Origin: Stylophora pistillata
Taxonomy: Eukaryota
NCBI RefSeq assembly: GCF_002571385.2
Contig: NW_019218362.1
Location: 62,382 to 126,381 of the forward strand
DNA: 64,000 nt
Reading direction: 5' to 3'
In this document: piece by piece, positions 12,401 through 26,403 of the stretch
Numbering within the stretch: the first letter of the stretch is position 1
Layout of the letters: every line of letters begins with the position of its first letter
The notes under the pieces: model-generated
Database searches by the model: none
Told to the model about the DNA's origin: nothing
Seen by the model: the letters and a program-made list of their open reading frames with translations, nothing else
Translations under genes and position numbers: made by a program

Positions 12401-15400
12401 TATGAATGACAAAGAGATTTTTTCCAATACTGTTATATTTTTATGACAGTCAAATATTAAGAAATCAGGCCTCCACAACTTACCACAAAGAGTCGATTTC
12501 ACTTCATTTCCATTTTCATCAATGTCAACGAATGATTCTTTCCCCACAGAGCAAGTTTTGTTGTTCTTGGAAACATTCTCCTCAGAAGACAAGCTATTTG
12601 TTTTTTTCTTTATTTTTGTGCTTGTGACATCTGCACTCTTGGCATTATCTTTTCTACCAAGTGACTGTTCCCTCACAGCTTCAGCTATTCTATGGGGTGA
12701 TTCAAACTCATTTTGTTTGACTTTACAGTTGGATTGTTCTTCTGTTTTTGCTATGCTCTTGTTCTTTTTGTTGTCTGATTTTCTTCTGATTCTTTTTTCA
12801 CTTTGAAAAAATTTCACCACATGATCACAACCTCGCACAAACTCAGGAAGATTGCTAAACAACCTGAAGGTGACAAAAATCAGTTTCCTATAAGTTCAGA
12901 ATAACCCTTATACAACTTGCAAAAAAAATAAACAAAATAGAAACAAAAACCCCTTGTCTGCATTCTATGTATATGACAAAAGTATAACCTCTGTGTTATC
13001 TACTGTTAACCTTTTGCACATGACTTTCATGCTCAAAAGATAAATGTGATCATTTGTTTCACAAGGTGGTCTCGTGGGATGTGGAGTGTAAGATGACCAT
13101 ACACATCATGAGACAAAAAATTATCACATTTCTCTTTTAAGTGTTATTAACCACAATGAATAACCACAACCTATTTGACAATGATTTTAGTGGGTGAGCT
13201 AGGCTTTTTCTGGCACAGTTGAGGCACTTAGATTAGTTGTTATAATTACTACATGAACATACCTGGTGTAATCTGAAATATCAGGGATTGGCAATTTTTC
13301 TCCTTTAGGTTCAGGCTTGTTAAACATTCTGATTCTTCCTATGGAAAGTTTCAATCAAAAATAACTAAAAGAAATGTGAAAATTCATAAGGGTTGATTCC
13401 TACCATGATGTGGTTTGGGAACTGAACTGGATCACAGCAGTTAGGTAGGCAAATGCTCTGATAACTGCACGATTCCTGTTCTTGTGATTAAAGCATAGGG
13501 GACTCATTAACACATCCTCTTCTTGCATTTTAACACCAACACATTGGTGGAATTGCAAACATTGTTTTCAGAAACCAAATGCCTGCTACTTATATATTCA
13601 CTACAATTTAAACAATGAAATATAAACACTCTCTTTTGAAAATAATAATTATATAAAAAAAAGAATTTGTACCAGGTAAAAAAGGAAGCTTCCAAGGATT
13701 GCCACTTGCATCAACTTTATTTGGGTACATTTTGCGCAGCTTGAGATTCCAAAACAGAAATACATATTAGGAACTGTTTTATAAATCAAACCAAGATGAG
13801 CATATCAAATCATATTAATGAAGATTAAGTAGCTGTTTGATTACTGATGTGATTGAAATTAGGGCATAATTATTGTTCCTTTGAATAACAGATCTAATAC
13901 TCCAATTGTTTTTCCTTACCCCAGAACCAAATTTCAAAAGGTACAAAGCTTTTCATGGAGCTTCTGTTAAGATGTAAAATGTGTGAAACTTTCCAGTGAT
14001 ACAAATATAAGATGAATAGAAAGTACAAAGGCCATATGTAATGATAACAGTGATGCAAATTTGTTTGTGTTTCAAAGTTTCTTTTTCAACTCAGAAATTC
14101 CTTAATATAATCATGCATGTTAATAAAGTAATATGTCTCTTTTACTGTATTTCTGCTGGTAAAATGATCTCAAATTTCAAGCAAAGACAATAGAGTGCAG
14201 ACACACATTCCTCAAAAATATATTTCTTCAAGGGTCAGATTCTGCCACCGAGAATATTTGATTTCTTGGGTTTCGAGGGTAAACTTATGGTCAGCATTTT
14301 GTAAAATATCAATTTTCTTTCACATAATAATTTACTAGACAATATTTAAAGATAAATGAAAAATAACAGCGACCAGTAGATTTGTAAGTCTTAAGGGCAT
14401 ATGTTAATGTTTATCTTTAAAATGTGACCTATAATGCCCTTTTTTTGACAGCTGAAGGTAACACCACTTCAATCTGCAGACATTACCCTGGTCAAAGTTT
14501 GTTGAGACACTTTGCCCCCTCTCAAAGCTGAGTTTCTTTCAAGGGCTCCATTGTTCCCGTTACCAACTTTGACCCAGAAAAGTGGAAAAATATTTAAAAA
14601 ATCCCACCCAGGGATTTTTTGAATATTTTTTCAGTCATTTTGTTGTAAGTGTGTGATTCAATTTTTTTTTCTTGGTTCAAACATTTGAAAATCAATTTAA
14701 TATACATTTTCTTTAATTACTATTTCACATTATGATAATTAGGAAACATCAATGACATAGCATTGAGATCATTTGGACCACAACATGAAACTGCAAGTTG
14801 ACTATAAGCTGTTATTCCTTACAGATATTTAACCAGCTGAACTAAAAATACAATGCACCTGGAATAGAGGGCTGGCTCAGTAAACGAAATCTCTGTTTTT
14901 ATGACTGAGGTCTTTAAATGCCTTGGCTTTACTTTTCCCCCATGAATACTAATTCTATCCATCTACAAGATTGGAAATTCCACCACAATTGACCTGGAAT
15001 TCTCCAGATAAATGAACATAAAATAAGCTGAAATATCCTTATCAGTAGGGTTATGTTGTCAACCTAAAATGGCTCTGATGAAGGGCTAATGCTCGAAACG
15101 TCAGCTTAACTAAAATCGCTCTGATGAAGGGCTAATGCTCGAAACAGCAGCTTTTGTAATCCTTACGGTGGCCAATTTAGCATTTCAACTTTGTTGATAT
15201 CTCTAAAATGAAAAGACCCTTGGCATGTAGGATTTTAGCTCATCAAGTACAATTGTCTCAATGTTTATGCTGTCAGGTGTCCATAAGCATTTAATCATAC
15301 TTAAGTACCTTGCACTGGAAGTCAAACATCTCTTCATATGTCCTGTGAATGGTTTCTGTGGTGTTGTCTGACCAAGAAACCTGCAACAAAGTCAACAGAA

Positions 15401-18400
15401 GACCCTGATATAACAAGATTGCCCTGGTTAAGTCTAACTTACAGTAAATCAGTAAATGAATATTTACAAATAATCAGTCAACTGAATATAATAAAATAGA
15501 TGATAGCTTTAAAAGTGAATTGACTTTTGTTGTGCCGTGTCCACTCTAACATTTTTAAAATTTGTATATTTGAAATGGATTGACTCTGCATCAAGCCATT
15601 ACCTACCACCTTTTCATTATGATAATAACAGTACTATGCTTGGACAATGTCATAAAATTATTTCATAGCAGTGTTTGTAGATATTAATAAAAACTTGGTC
15701 CAATTTCTCTTCACAATTGATTCATCTTAAAAACAAGTACAGTTTAATTTTTCAAGTGTCACTGCCTTAAGTGGCTAACATCTCAGTTCTAGATCCAAAA
15801 TATTCCTTCTTAAGCATTAATTTTTTTCTACCTTTCCTGTATTACACATTTAAGACTTGACCTTCAATTCAAGAACATCTTTTTTGCCCACAAAAAGAAG
15901 TAACAGAATTAATTAACAACATCACCCTAAAGTTTACAATAATTTAAGTATAGATAGGTTTTGCACAGCAGCCATGAATGTTGCATGGCAGGAACAATAC
16001 ATTATTTTTCCCATCGGAAAAAATTTTCTTCCTTATGCATAATATTTTCATTGTTCCTGCCATGCAACATGGCTGCCATGAAAAACCTCAATAAACCATA
16101 ATTACTTACAAACAGATAAGTTTCTTCTAAATACAAGGGGTATTGACGCAGCTGGAAATCTCAGCTGAAATCTATGCTCCACTTAATATGTCTAAATAAT
16201 CCTGGGTTGTTTAACTTTCTATTTAATAGAATCTTATGATAACAACATTTCTCACTCATTACCTGTAAGACGTAATAATGATCATCGTGTTTTCTTGGAT
16301 CATGTTTTGACCTCTTTTCCTTTTTTTTCTCAACAGCTTGCACGCCTTGCACTTTTATCTCTTTCACAAAGACTGGAAGTTCTGAGAAAGATAACAACTA
16401 ACCATTACGAGCACTCAAGTCATGTTTGCTGCTCAGATTCCCTGGGAATTATAAAATTATTTTCTGAAAGCCTCAGTAACCCAACAAGTACCAAGACTAA
16501 CTGTGTTGACAATAATATTTTGTAAGAACAGATATTACAGGGAAATGCTAACTAAAAAATTGCTCTACCTGAGCAAATCTTTGTCAGAATTGTTACCTGT
16601 GATCCACTTAGAGATGGTTGTTTTTCATTCTCGCGTTCGTTGATTTTAAAACAATAACTATTTCTCATACAAAGAGTTTACAAATAATGGAATGTAAGTC
16701 AAACCTTGATTATCCGGACTCCTTGGGACAAAATGAAATAGTCCGGATAATCAAGGGTCTGGATAATTGAGAATATGAATGTTATTAAGACAGCAACATT
16801 TAATCCTAAAACAAAACATTTACAAATCGTTTTGAAAAATATAAGGTCTACATCTCCACTTTGAAAAATGAATAAAAAATGTTTTTACATTGGCCTAAAT
16901 GTTGAACTAAGTCAGTAATTTGTCTTAAAGAAAAACATCGCCTTTACTTCATTTTTCAATGTTGTAATTTCAAAAAGAATATGGCTATAGATCTTGATCA
17001 TGACTAATAAATATTCATGAAAAAATTAGGACCAGAGAAAAAGTCAGGATAATCAAGAAATCCAGATAACCAAGGTCCAGATAATCAACATTCAACTGTA
17101 ATTGCATTTTGAGTCACTTAAGACAATTTACTTCCTCCTACAAGAAACTACAGGGAACAAAGGATTTATCCAGCTGACATTTTTTTTTTATGAAACTGAT
17201 TTCTGATCAATCATATTATTTCCTGATGATTAGTAAATCCCATCTGAAAATATCAGGACATTTTGATTAAAACTGGCCCCACGCATTTTAAGCTATTTAT
17301 CTATACTTGTTTAATAAGTTCTTTATTTTTCCAAGCACTCCAGCACTTGCTAACTATAAAGATCCAGTAATTCATTATTAAAGTAAAGGAGTGTTATTTG
17401 TAAGTCTAGCTGTCAAGAAGACACACACACACTGTCTTTCTTTTTCACATCTCAGGAAAATCTCACATAAAAATTGTTTTCACTTTATACACTAAGACAC
17501 CGTGACTTCTGACCAAACATCGTCAACAGATACTAATGTGACTGGTAACAAAATAGGGCTTGATCATCAAAAGACAATGATAAACTTAATTACATGATGT
17601 ATAGAATAACTTTGAGAGAAACTTAATCAATCATTAATTTCTTTCAATTCAATTTCTGTACCAACAATGGTTTCAGCCTTGTCCTTTTACAGGAAACCAA
17701 TTAAGAAACTCCACTGTTCAAATACTTGAAAACATTCCTTAGCTGTAACAAATATTTTGAAGAGCTTTATACCTCAACACTGGTTTATCTGTGGCTCTGA
17801 GACAACCAGACAGGTGTGATCATTTTAAAAGAAAAATGACAATTCTTGTGATTTAACACCAAGGGTGACATGAATTTATTGAAAACAATAGCACTTGTCA
17901 TATACCAATCTCCAGGTGTTGATCATATCCCCACAAGATGTCTATGTCCTTGGCAAATTCATTCACATAGTTCTGTACATCTATCCCCGTAATGCCATGT
18001 GATTATTTTACGTTACGTAAAATCCATGTGCGCATTACGTGACGGAAACACCATGACATCATATGGATAGTATCAATTTCAGTTAAAAATAATCTGTACC
18101 ATATGTACTCAGCAAAAAGCTGTCTAACATGTGTTTACAAAATAGACTTCCATACAGACTTCCTGTTGTTTATAGCCTTGAACAAGGGCATCATTAACTG
18201 TAGCTTAGTAGCAAAATAAATGTTACTTTGCTTAAGGGAGGAAGCAAAATTAAGAAGTAATGAAGGTCATAACATTCCTTTGTGATAAAAATGAGTGATA
18301 ATTTGTGATAAAACACAGAGGGATGAAAGGAGGCTTTAATGGGACGAAACCAAAGATTAATTGTCCCTAAACTAAAAAGTTCTTCTAAAATTCATGCAGG

Positions 18401-20008
18401 AATTTGGAATAAATTTGAGATGAGACATAGAGCTCCAAAATAATAAAAATTAAAAATGTAACGATAAAAATAAAAGGGTCACGGAAGATAAAGGATTTTT
18501 CAGTGATTCACGATCTATTCACAGGTAATTTGATAAAACTTCCTCTGAGCGCTAATATTATGACGGCCGGCACCAAACGGCGTTCGTGAATTAAATGTTA
18601 TTGGACATAGGATACTTTTACCTCGTGTTTACCACTCTTTGAAAACACGACCTTCTACATATCAAATTATGTCTTATCAAAGCATCTTTGTGAACCTTTT
18701 TACCAAGAAATAATCTTCGGTGATTAATGGGAGCCTCTCGGACGACTCCTGGAGCTGACCAGTTAAAATATACTGATTCTTGTCTGGAAACCGTCCAATG
18801 GATAAATAACAGAGCGAAGAATAAGAGATCACATGTCAAACTTAAAGAAAAGGCTGCTGTTGGCCGTTAATTTGCATATGTTTTTATTTTTACCGCGATT
18901 GTGATTACACTATGAAATCGACGTGAGAAATCACAAAATGGTCACTATGTCGTTTTGATAGAATAATCAAAATAAAAAAATAAAAAAAGACTTGATCGAA
19001 ATGAACTGGATTATCTCAGACGTAAATTTTTAGAAAACGTCGGATCGTCTTCAATTCAGCTAAGTAAATAATTACCTTTAAGAGTGTTATCCTTACTCAG
19101 GGAAGAATCGCCGACATTTACACTCTCAACTTTGTGAATTTCCTTTGTCGTGGTTTTCTCTTCAACAGATTCTTTCTTTTGCTGTTCTTCGAACAAAAGG
19201 TCATCTCGAACATCCTTTTTTGCTGAGGCATCTTGATCACACGAAAAAGTCGAAGAACCACTACTTGATTCGGAGACAGTCTATCGATAAAAAAAAAAAA
19301 AAAGAAAAAGAAAAAAGTCAAAACCTACCTATCACCTCAGGAATAAATTGTAAAATAATGCTAAGGTCTAATGCTAATTATCTGGGCAGGCAGAAGGTAA
19401 CAATAAAATTTTTCACAACATGTAGCAAACGGAAGGTGACTTTAAGAGGGCGAATATTAATGTCAAAAACGATTACAAATTCTGTAATAAAAAAAATCAA
19501 AATAGATAGAATTAAACGTTAATTTTACCTCGCTTAAATCTGATGTCTGATTTGCTGATTGTTTGAGCTGTTTTAATTTTGAAGACAAAGTGTGTTTTTG
19601 ATGAAATGAAAACGCTGGGTGGTGAGCGGACATGGTGATCAAAAGTGACAGATCAGTGAAGAATTCCTCTTCTCCCAGACTCGATGGCTGAAATTCATTG
19701 ATAATTCCAAACAGCACCGAAGCTGCTTGACGATTGCTTGAATGCAGCAAAGCCAGTGAAACACACAACCTGCGACGGACATGTACATCGTGCAAACATG
19801 ACAAACAGCTCAGATCAGACGGATTGTTCGCCGTACTTTCAGGTTGTCGGAACACCGGGTAATCTCTCTGGACCTGAGCTTCAATAAACGTGCCTAAAAA
19901 TCGAATTTCCCACGGCAGGCAACAGTCTAATAAATTGCACATGAGGTCAATACGATCATCTCCTTCGAGGTCTTTGAACCATGATATGACGCTTTCTTTC
20001 TGAATCAT
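9430..20008 (-). CDS. ZCCHC14: ZCCHC14/ZCCHC2-like protein (conserved N-terminal helical domain, PX-like domain, SAM domain, CCHC zinc knuckle)
   Basis: Exon 1 (20008-19529) VISWFKDL..RIDLMCNLLDCCLPWEIRFLG. PX-like exons YVLQVSWSD..RTYEEMFDFQCKLRKMYP..KLPFLP..VVKFF (16.3-12.8 kb). SAM DWLRNLRLHKY..LGLTAGARRKL (11.2-10.8 kb). Knuckle SCYNCGSLGHVGGQC (9.7 kb). Last exon 9467-9430. Some internal boundaries are approximate, and it may be co-orthologous to ZCCHC2 and ZCCHC14. Confidence 0.85.
10096..10265 (+). mobile_element. degenerate copy of the short hammerhead-bearing retroelement
   Basis: Aligns with 47645-47800 (ctgacaaaggactaatgttcaaaaagtcagc..ggtggccaatttac..cagcaccacagtttcttt). The ribozyme core has decayed. 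Confidence 0.75.
15064..15205 (+). mobile_element. short hammerhead-bearing element with tandemly duplicated ribozyme (first copy intact, 15071-15106)
   Basis: gct-CTGATGA-a-gggc(taat)gctc-GAAAC-GTC-agc, repeated 47 nt later with GAAACAGC, then the family tail (acggtggccaattt..ttcaactttgttgata). Confidence 0.85.
15951..16093. mobile_element. palindromic MITE (second copy 60127-60264)
   Basis: TIRs aggttttgcacagcagccat..gttgcatggcaggaacaat / attgttcctgccatgcaacatggctgcc..aaaacct. Confidence 0.8.
16694..17100. mobile_element. Tc1/mariner (pogo-like) MITE relic
   Basis: Degenerate TIRs agtcaaaccttgattatccggac / gtccagataatcaacattcaactgta, a TA flank, and repeated ggataatc subterminal motifs. 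Confidence 0.65.
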
Positions 20009-20149
20009 TGCACAAATGAGTGTTCCCGATATTGCTCCCTCCAACTCAGGAGCTGAAATGTTTATGCGATGACTGAGTGTGCATTATTGAAAAACTATTT
20101 CAACACTACCCCCGTCATTAATTAGAATCAACTTAGCGGTCACTAGACC

Positions 20150-20300
20150 TCTGTGCCAAAAGAATGCTGGGAGCGATTGATCCTCTTCAGCCAAGAACCA
20201 ATCACCGACTGGGTTGTAAGTATTTACCCGCTAATTAACCAATCAAAATGTGCCTTCTTTACCCGCTTGAGCTCGTCAAACGTGCATTATGCGTCGGATA
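20150..20300 (-). promoter_or_regulatory. probable proximal promoter of the ZCCHC14-like gene (CCAAT boxes)
   Basis: Two CCAATCA motifs (~20198, ~20239) lie about 200 bp upstream of the ATG, and there is an in-frame stop upstream of the ATG. Confidence 0.4.
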
Positions 20301-23300
20301 CTGAGCAACAAACAGGAGACCTATTGACAAAGTTCTTTGGGTCAAATCGAGCAAAAGGAGCGTTTGTATAAAACCCCACCCTGGCTGTGAGGCAAATTAC
20401 ATGAGATCGTTTCCTTGTTTAGGAAACCTTGTTGCTTAAGTCGCACAGTGGTTGAATTATAAAATTCTGCGGAGTAGCGTAAGAAAATCCCCACCAACGC
20501 ATAAACGTCAATACCTGAAGCATCAAATCAGTAACCTTTGTCACCCACACAGCTGTTATTCCGCAAAATTCATATGTTTGTGTAACTGGAAACTGTTTAC
20601 AAAAACTGCGCATCATCTGAAAGCTGAAGGGTTTGCGCTAAAACAGGCAACTGCATGAGAATGTTGGAAAGCATCTAGCTTAGTCTAGGCATTCCTTCTG
20701 GGCCTTAAAACAGCGAAAAAACCCAGGAGATTTGGAGAGACGTGTCGTTTTCAAGATCGCCAAACACCTTGACGCGAATTCCGAAATGCAACAATTTTAC
20801 ACTAAAATAACTAAGAAGAAATTTCCTTTTGTCACTTTTCATCGTAATTTTTTGTCGTGGTCCTCTTCTTCGAGGTTGCGGTTGCATCCATGTATCAAAT
20901 ATAAATGCAAACAAAACTCAACAATGATCTCTCTTCGGCTTGATTGGGTTTTGAAGGGGAGTTGCCCTTGCTGTTTTTCATCAACTTCGCTGTATCTTGA
21001 GCACCCCGGCATAAGTTTCCTTTAGTTTATTTTGACTATAAACCCCGGCCATAAAAAAAAAAAAAAAACAAAGGCTTGAAGAGTCTCGATTCTTTAATCT
21101 ATTCTTCTAATTATATTCTTTAGCAAGTTCTAGTGTCTGAAGATGAACATAACCATCCACTGCTAGAATCCTTGAACAAACACATTCGGAAATGCTTTTT
21201 TTCGAGTCTTTCCGCTATAGCAGTAAATAGCATCGGAAGTTTCTTTACCGTGAAAAACCCAGGAATTCATCACCATCTTCGACTGAACACGAAACACGAG
21301 AAACTGAATATGCTGTGAAAATCAGTTGCAAAATCTCGAGCATGATGATGGTGCTCAGACGAAACTTGAGCCAGACACAGCCGAGTTTAAATGAAGGACT
21401 GATTAAGGGGCCCGCTAGCCTACAGCTCGCACTTTACGCTCTAGCCCATCCGACTGCGATGTTCTGTCCGCAGTTTGCATGTCATCTCAAAATGTTCAAC
21501 AAAGCTTTGTTTACATAATGCTTAACATCCCACTCGGTAAATTAGCTTACTTCACTCTACTACTTGCACCGACACAATGTAAACATATTTTTTGATAATC
21601 TACAACCTGAGTTGCGCATTTACTTACTTAACGGATTCCTTCACGGAGACTTGTACAAATGTAAAATTGTACGTAAGAGTACCGGACATAAAGATGCCAA
21701 CATGGATGGCCATAGGGTTGGCTGGCAATGAACAAAATGATCCGAAACACCGATGAAGTTGCGAATTTTTTTAGGTCATTTATTCACGGATCAGTTATAG
21801 CGTTGTAGCACTCGCAAAGAAAACAATGGGTGAGGATGCTTTCAGCATTTCCTAGCTTATTTAATACATCCGACCAAAACTTGGAAAAGACTTGCCGTTA
21901 AGGAACTCCGATTGTCTTAGCGCAGTACTTCTCATTTGCTTGTTCAGTCATGTTATGTCATGCATTATTTTGCGGTTTTAAAGTCATAACAACACGCGAA
22001 TTCACTATTTGCATCCGATCGGATCAAACAGCACATATTTTCATTGCATGAGGTATACTTTTTAAAAACAACATATTTTTCAAATTCCACCTGAACAACG
22101 GTGCCTTTATTCTTCAAAGAACTAGCTTTTTTTCTGGAGGCATTAAAGAAATGGTACTCAATCCTCTAGGAATTTATACCGAAACGATTTTGTTTTCACA
22201 TATTCCTATTTTTAACGACAGTTGAAGCTGATTTTCTAAGGAACTTACATCGTCGGACAGTTTACAAGACAGACGATACATTACCACAGATTGCGAGGAA
22301 ATACCTTCATTTTCCCCTAAACTTTGAGATTCTTTTTTTATTTTAAGAAAAATTTAATACTGTTATGAAAATCTGCGTGTTTCGCATTTTTTTAAGGTTT
22401 GTTTGAACAAAAATATAACATCTTCATGATTTTTAAGCCAGCGATACAGCTCGATTCAACTTCAGGGTTCTATATGCTGGAATTCTGGAAATTCGTGCCA
22501 ATTTAGACAACGAACCTTTGCAATTGAGTAAAAAGTAGTCTGTTGTCTTTCAAAAGTAACCTGAATTCGCGCTCTTACGACCTTTGTGTTATCTGTATAT
22601 CGCGTGATCTGATCCCTATATCACATGCTCTTTATAATAACCATCCTCCGCCGCTATGAAAGAGTGAATGTCTTACAAACACGCAACTTCAAAGAATCCA
22701 ATTCTCAAAGGTCAAAAGTTATGTAGCGGCCCCTTGTCTCATTCACGTCATTGTCGTGTGAATGCGGTTAGAACATTCTAGAAGCGGTTTCCAAATTGTG
22801 TCAGTTCATTTAATTTCAGATTCCTTCGCCCAGTCTCATATTTTTTCTAATTCGCTAGGTACAGCTTATCGCAAGGTAGATAAAAAAGCTCAATATGTTA
22901 AAAGTGATAACGGACAATAATATTCATTTGCCTGTCAGGTACAACGAGGTTAATCTTTATCATTCTTGCTGAAAAATTCTTGATACTGTAATCTTGATAC
23001 TGTGTAACGCCCCAAAGAATTTCAAGAGAGTAACCCAGTAACGAACATTCAAAAACCAAAATACAACCTTCGTTTTTTCTAGAGCTGTCAGGCTCGTTAA
23101 TGCTGCTAATTATAAATTGGCACTGAAAAATAAAACCTTCTTTCTGAGAGAAAGAGACGCCAAGCTATAATTGGTTTTCCCAAAAATTAGCAGCTTCGCT
23201 AACTTACTTAGGTGATCATTGAAAATTTGTGGGACAGCAATAGCTACTGGATTATGATGCAGAGGAATTAGTGATAAGAGGAAGTTTTGTTTGCTTGCTT

Positions 23301-25997
23301 AGTGGTTTACCGCTCAAACCTCTTCGTTAAAACAGGTCACGTCTTCTCGCGTTGAAGGGAATAAATTATTCCCCACAACTGAGCACGAATGGTGAAACTT
23401 ATTCACATCAACAAGGTTTGGTTCAGTATTTCGTGATCTTGGCTGTTCTTAGAAGAATGGCTTCCTCGAGGTGCTTATTCAGATGAAATACGTTCTCTGG
23501 ACGAGGTGAAAAAAAAAAATTGAAACTTTATCCCTGCTGAGATAGTAATTACAAAAGACACCGCCCAGTAGTCTCGTGCGCGAATCACTCCGCATGATCA
23601 CTGAAGTCGCTGAAGCTATGTTCCCTTTGAAGTTCCCTTCTCGGCTTTTATCACTAAAAGTAGCGAAGCCTGATTTCAATAAAATGAGAAGCCTCCATAC
23701 AATGAAAATCTTCTCAATTGCGTCAATATAAACTTTGAAAGCTTGCGATTACGACCGTTTTCAATGAAAACAGTTGATTCTTCTATCAAATCGATGATAA
23801 CATAAGGTGTTGTGGATGAAAGCTGGCTGGAACTCAAGTTTCAATGCCCATTTTTTTCCCTACTACATTAGCGATTTTTTTTTTTTAGTGAAGCAACTTC
23901 AGCTCTCAGTTGTTGTTGTTGTTTTTTTTTTGTTTGTTTTGTTTTTTTTTGCTTTTTAAAAGCCCCTTTTGTTTGGGGGATTCCTCCACGTCGTCATGAT
24001 AGCCATGGTAATGAACTGTAATCAACAAACAAGACAATGAACACCAACTTTAGAAGTTTGATTCAAAACTGTTCTCTTAACCTTAGATTCTTGATTATTA
24101 TCAGCCCGTAGTCTACTGTGGTCGTGTCAGCTCAGAGCTCTAGCTTGAGCCCTGATATACCTCCAATACCGTGCGACAATCGCTTGATTATTTTGAATCC
24201 CTATATTGAATCAATCACTGCTGGTAGGTGAAGTCACGCAACATGCGCCCAGCCCATCTTCGTGGGTGTTCCCTGTTGGCTAAACGTGATCAGGCCGAGA
24301 TACTAAGTTATTCGTGGGGTAAACGGGACATACAGGACCTAGGTCCAGCGGAGTTTTATCTACTCTCAAATCAGGCGTGTTATCATTTTCCTTTCGTCGC
24401 GAAGAGCACCCCCGCCCGAAAGTAAAATCGCAGAAGTTTTTACAGCTTAAAGCACTGAAATATAGACAGGTTACTTCCAAAACGAAAAGGAAAACAAAAC
24501 GAATCGAAAGATACATTTAACAACATGATACCCTCCTAAAATCTAGTTATGTTTTTGGAGATTTGTGCGGGTTCTTTCAGTGTTGGATATCCCCCGCCGA
24601 CCCAAAAGGTATAGGATGTCATCGTGTGACTTCGTCTTTCGACATCCAAACAGATTTGATAAAGAGAGGGCTATTTTTCTCCACATGTGACTTAAACAAC
24701 ATCGTAAAGAGCTTCTTATATTTCGACAATAACAACTGTTCATTATCATACAACGGAGAGAAATTGAAGGTATTGACAGACAAAAATTTTATTAAGTTTA
24801 TGACAAGAGCGAAGATTGAAGTATTAATTCACTTGATCAACATAGCGTCGAAAGTGTTAAAAACATTCAGTCACTTAAACAAAGAGAGGCATTGGAGAAA
24901 CCATTGACCTCTTGTAAAGATCGGTGACATTAAAAGGAGAACGGAATAGGGCGCCAGTTTGACCGACCATTTGTCATCGATAGGATTGCAGGTAAAACAA
25001 CTTGATACATGTACAAAATTGGATTACATAAAAACTTTTCCTAATCAAGACTCCAAAAAAGAATAACGAGTTTTAATTTTATAACAGAAATCTTAGTTTA
25101 AGTGTCTTGTGGAATAAAAACAATAACAACAGTCGAGTGAGGTTAAGATATAAGTTCTCGAGAGATTATATTCAGAAACACGTTATTGGAAGACGAAGGG
25201 CTAATGAACTGTGAACCGATCTTACGTTCTTTTGAAGTTTACGTTTGTAAAACGAGTTTTTTTCTGCATCCAAGACTATTTGCAATCGCTGGTCAAACTA
25301 CAGAAAGCATTTAATAGAGCTTTTCCCGTCAGCTTTTCTAGATTAACGGCTTTTGGAAAGGCAGCGATTGAGACAGATGGTTGTGATTATCCACTGAGGA
25401 TGTCAACTTAATCAAGTTGCGAAAGTAGAATTATAATAATAATAATAAAAATAACAAAATAGCTTAATGTTGAAACAAATGAGAAGAAGCATCTGCGTTC
25501 TGCTGATTTTCGAGTATTCCATAATTCTGAAAAATGTTTTGTATAGCTTTTCAGTTTCTCTATCAGCAGGTTGTAAAAGTTTCATCTTCTTTAAACCTTC
25601 TTCCTGGGATGAGACTGGTTTTAAACAGAGAGTCTCTACGCCACTATGCCACCCTTAGGGGGAGGATTGGGGCTTCAAATGACTGGTGTATAATCAACAA
25701 AGCTGTAAAAGTGAAACGTGTGGTGTCACGGCGTTCGGTTAATGCACGTGACTACAATGTGACTGACCTGAGCGATAGTCAAGAGGGGCCTGGGGCAGCC
25801 AGCTCATCAGTAGGCAGGTAATTGGCCGATCAATTCAGTGTATCGCCGTTGGAGTGTAACAGGCCAAATCTCCCTTCAGTTGATCTATATATATGCTTCC
25901 GATATCTATTCTACTTTAGTACTTTATATTTATACTGAAGTTGTTTTTGTTGAGTAAAATGTGAATAGTGTCTAAATTAAAAACGCCCTTATGTGAT

Positions 25998-26403
25998 TTT
26001 TTTTATTATTTTAAATATAAAAGCCTGGAACACCAGGCGGTTTTATTTTGTCAGAGATACTATTTACAAATTCTAAGGTACGGTTAACTAAAGGACTCAA
26101 AATAATTACTGATTAAAGCTACTAATTAATCATTTACAATACTTCATCCCACAGGCGGCACTAACAGCGCACAGGCCGCAACGGCCCGGAGTAGGCGCCC
26201 ACCTGTGGGAGTTGGCTATGTACGAGGTAAGCTATGTACAACGTAAGCTAGTTGGCAGGCAAGCAAGTTGGTTATGCTAGCAAGTTGGCTATGTAAGCAA
26301 GTTGGCTATGTACAAGGTAAGCTATGTACAGGTAATTACTCGTGATTGTGATCAAATTAGATTTTCTCCCACAGGCGGCACTAACAGCGCACAGGCCACA
26401 GCC
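25998..26403 (-). mobile_element. 5'-truncated non-LTR retroposon 3' end with A-rich tail
   Basis: 14-bp TSD cgccc(t/c)tatgtgat at 25984-25997 and 26404-26417. The minus strand ends aataataaaaaaaa. It contains a GC-rich hairpin and a caagttggctatg minisatellite. Confidence 0.8.

Noticed and set aside
25186-25210. gacgaagggctaatg resembling the hammerhead element
   Set aside because: Only about 15 nt match, with no CTGA start or GAAAC; too short to call.
25788-25815. Hammerhead on the minus strand (CTGATGA-gctgg..ccag)
   Set aside because: No GAAA box follows helix II; at most a truncated relic.
26210-26335. CRISPR-like repeat array
   Set aside because: These are tandem degenerate units without unique spacers, in eukaryotic context with no cas genes.
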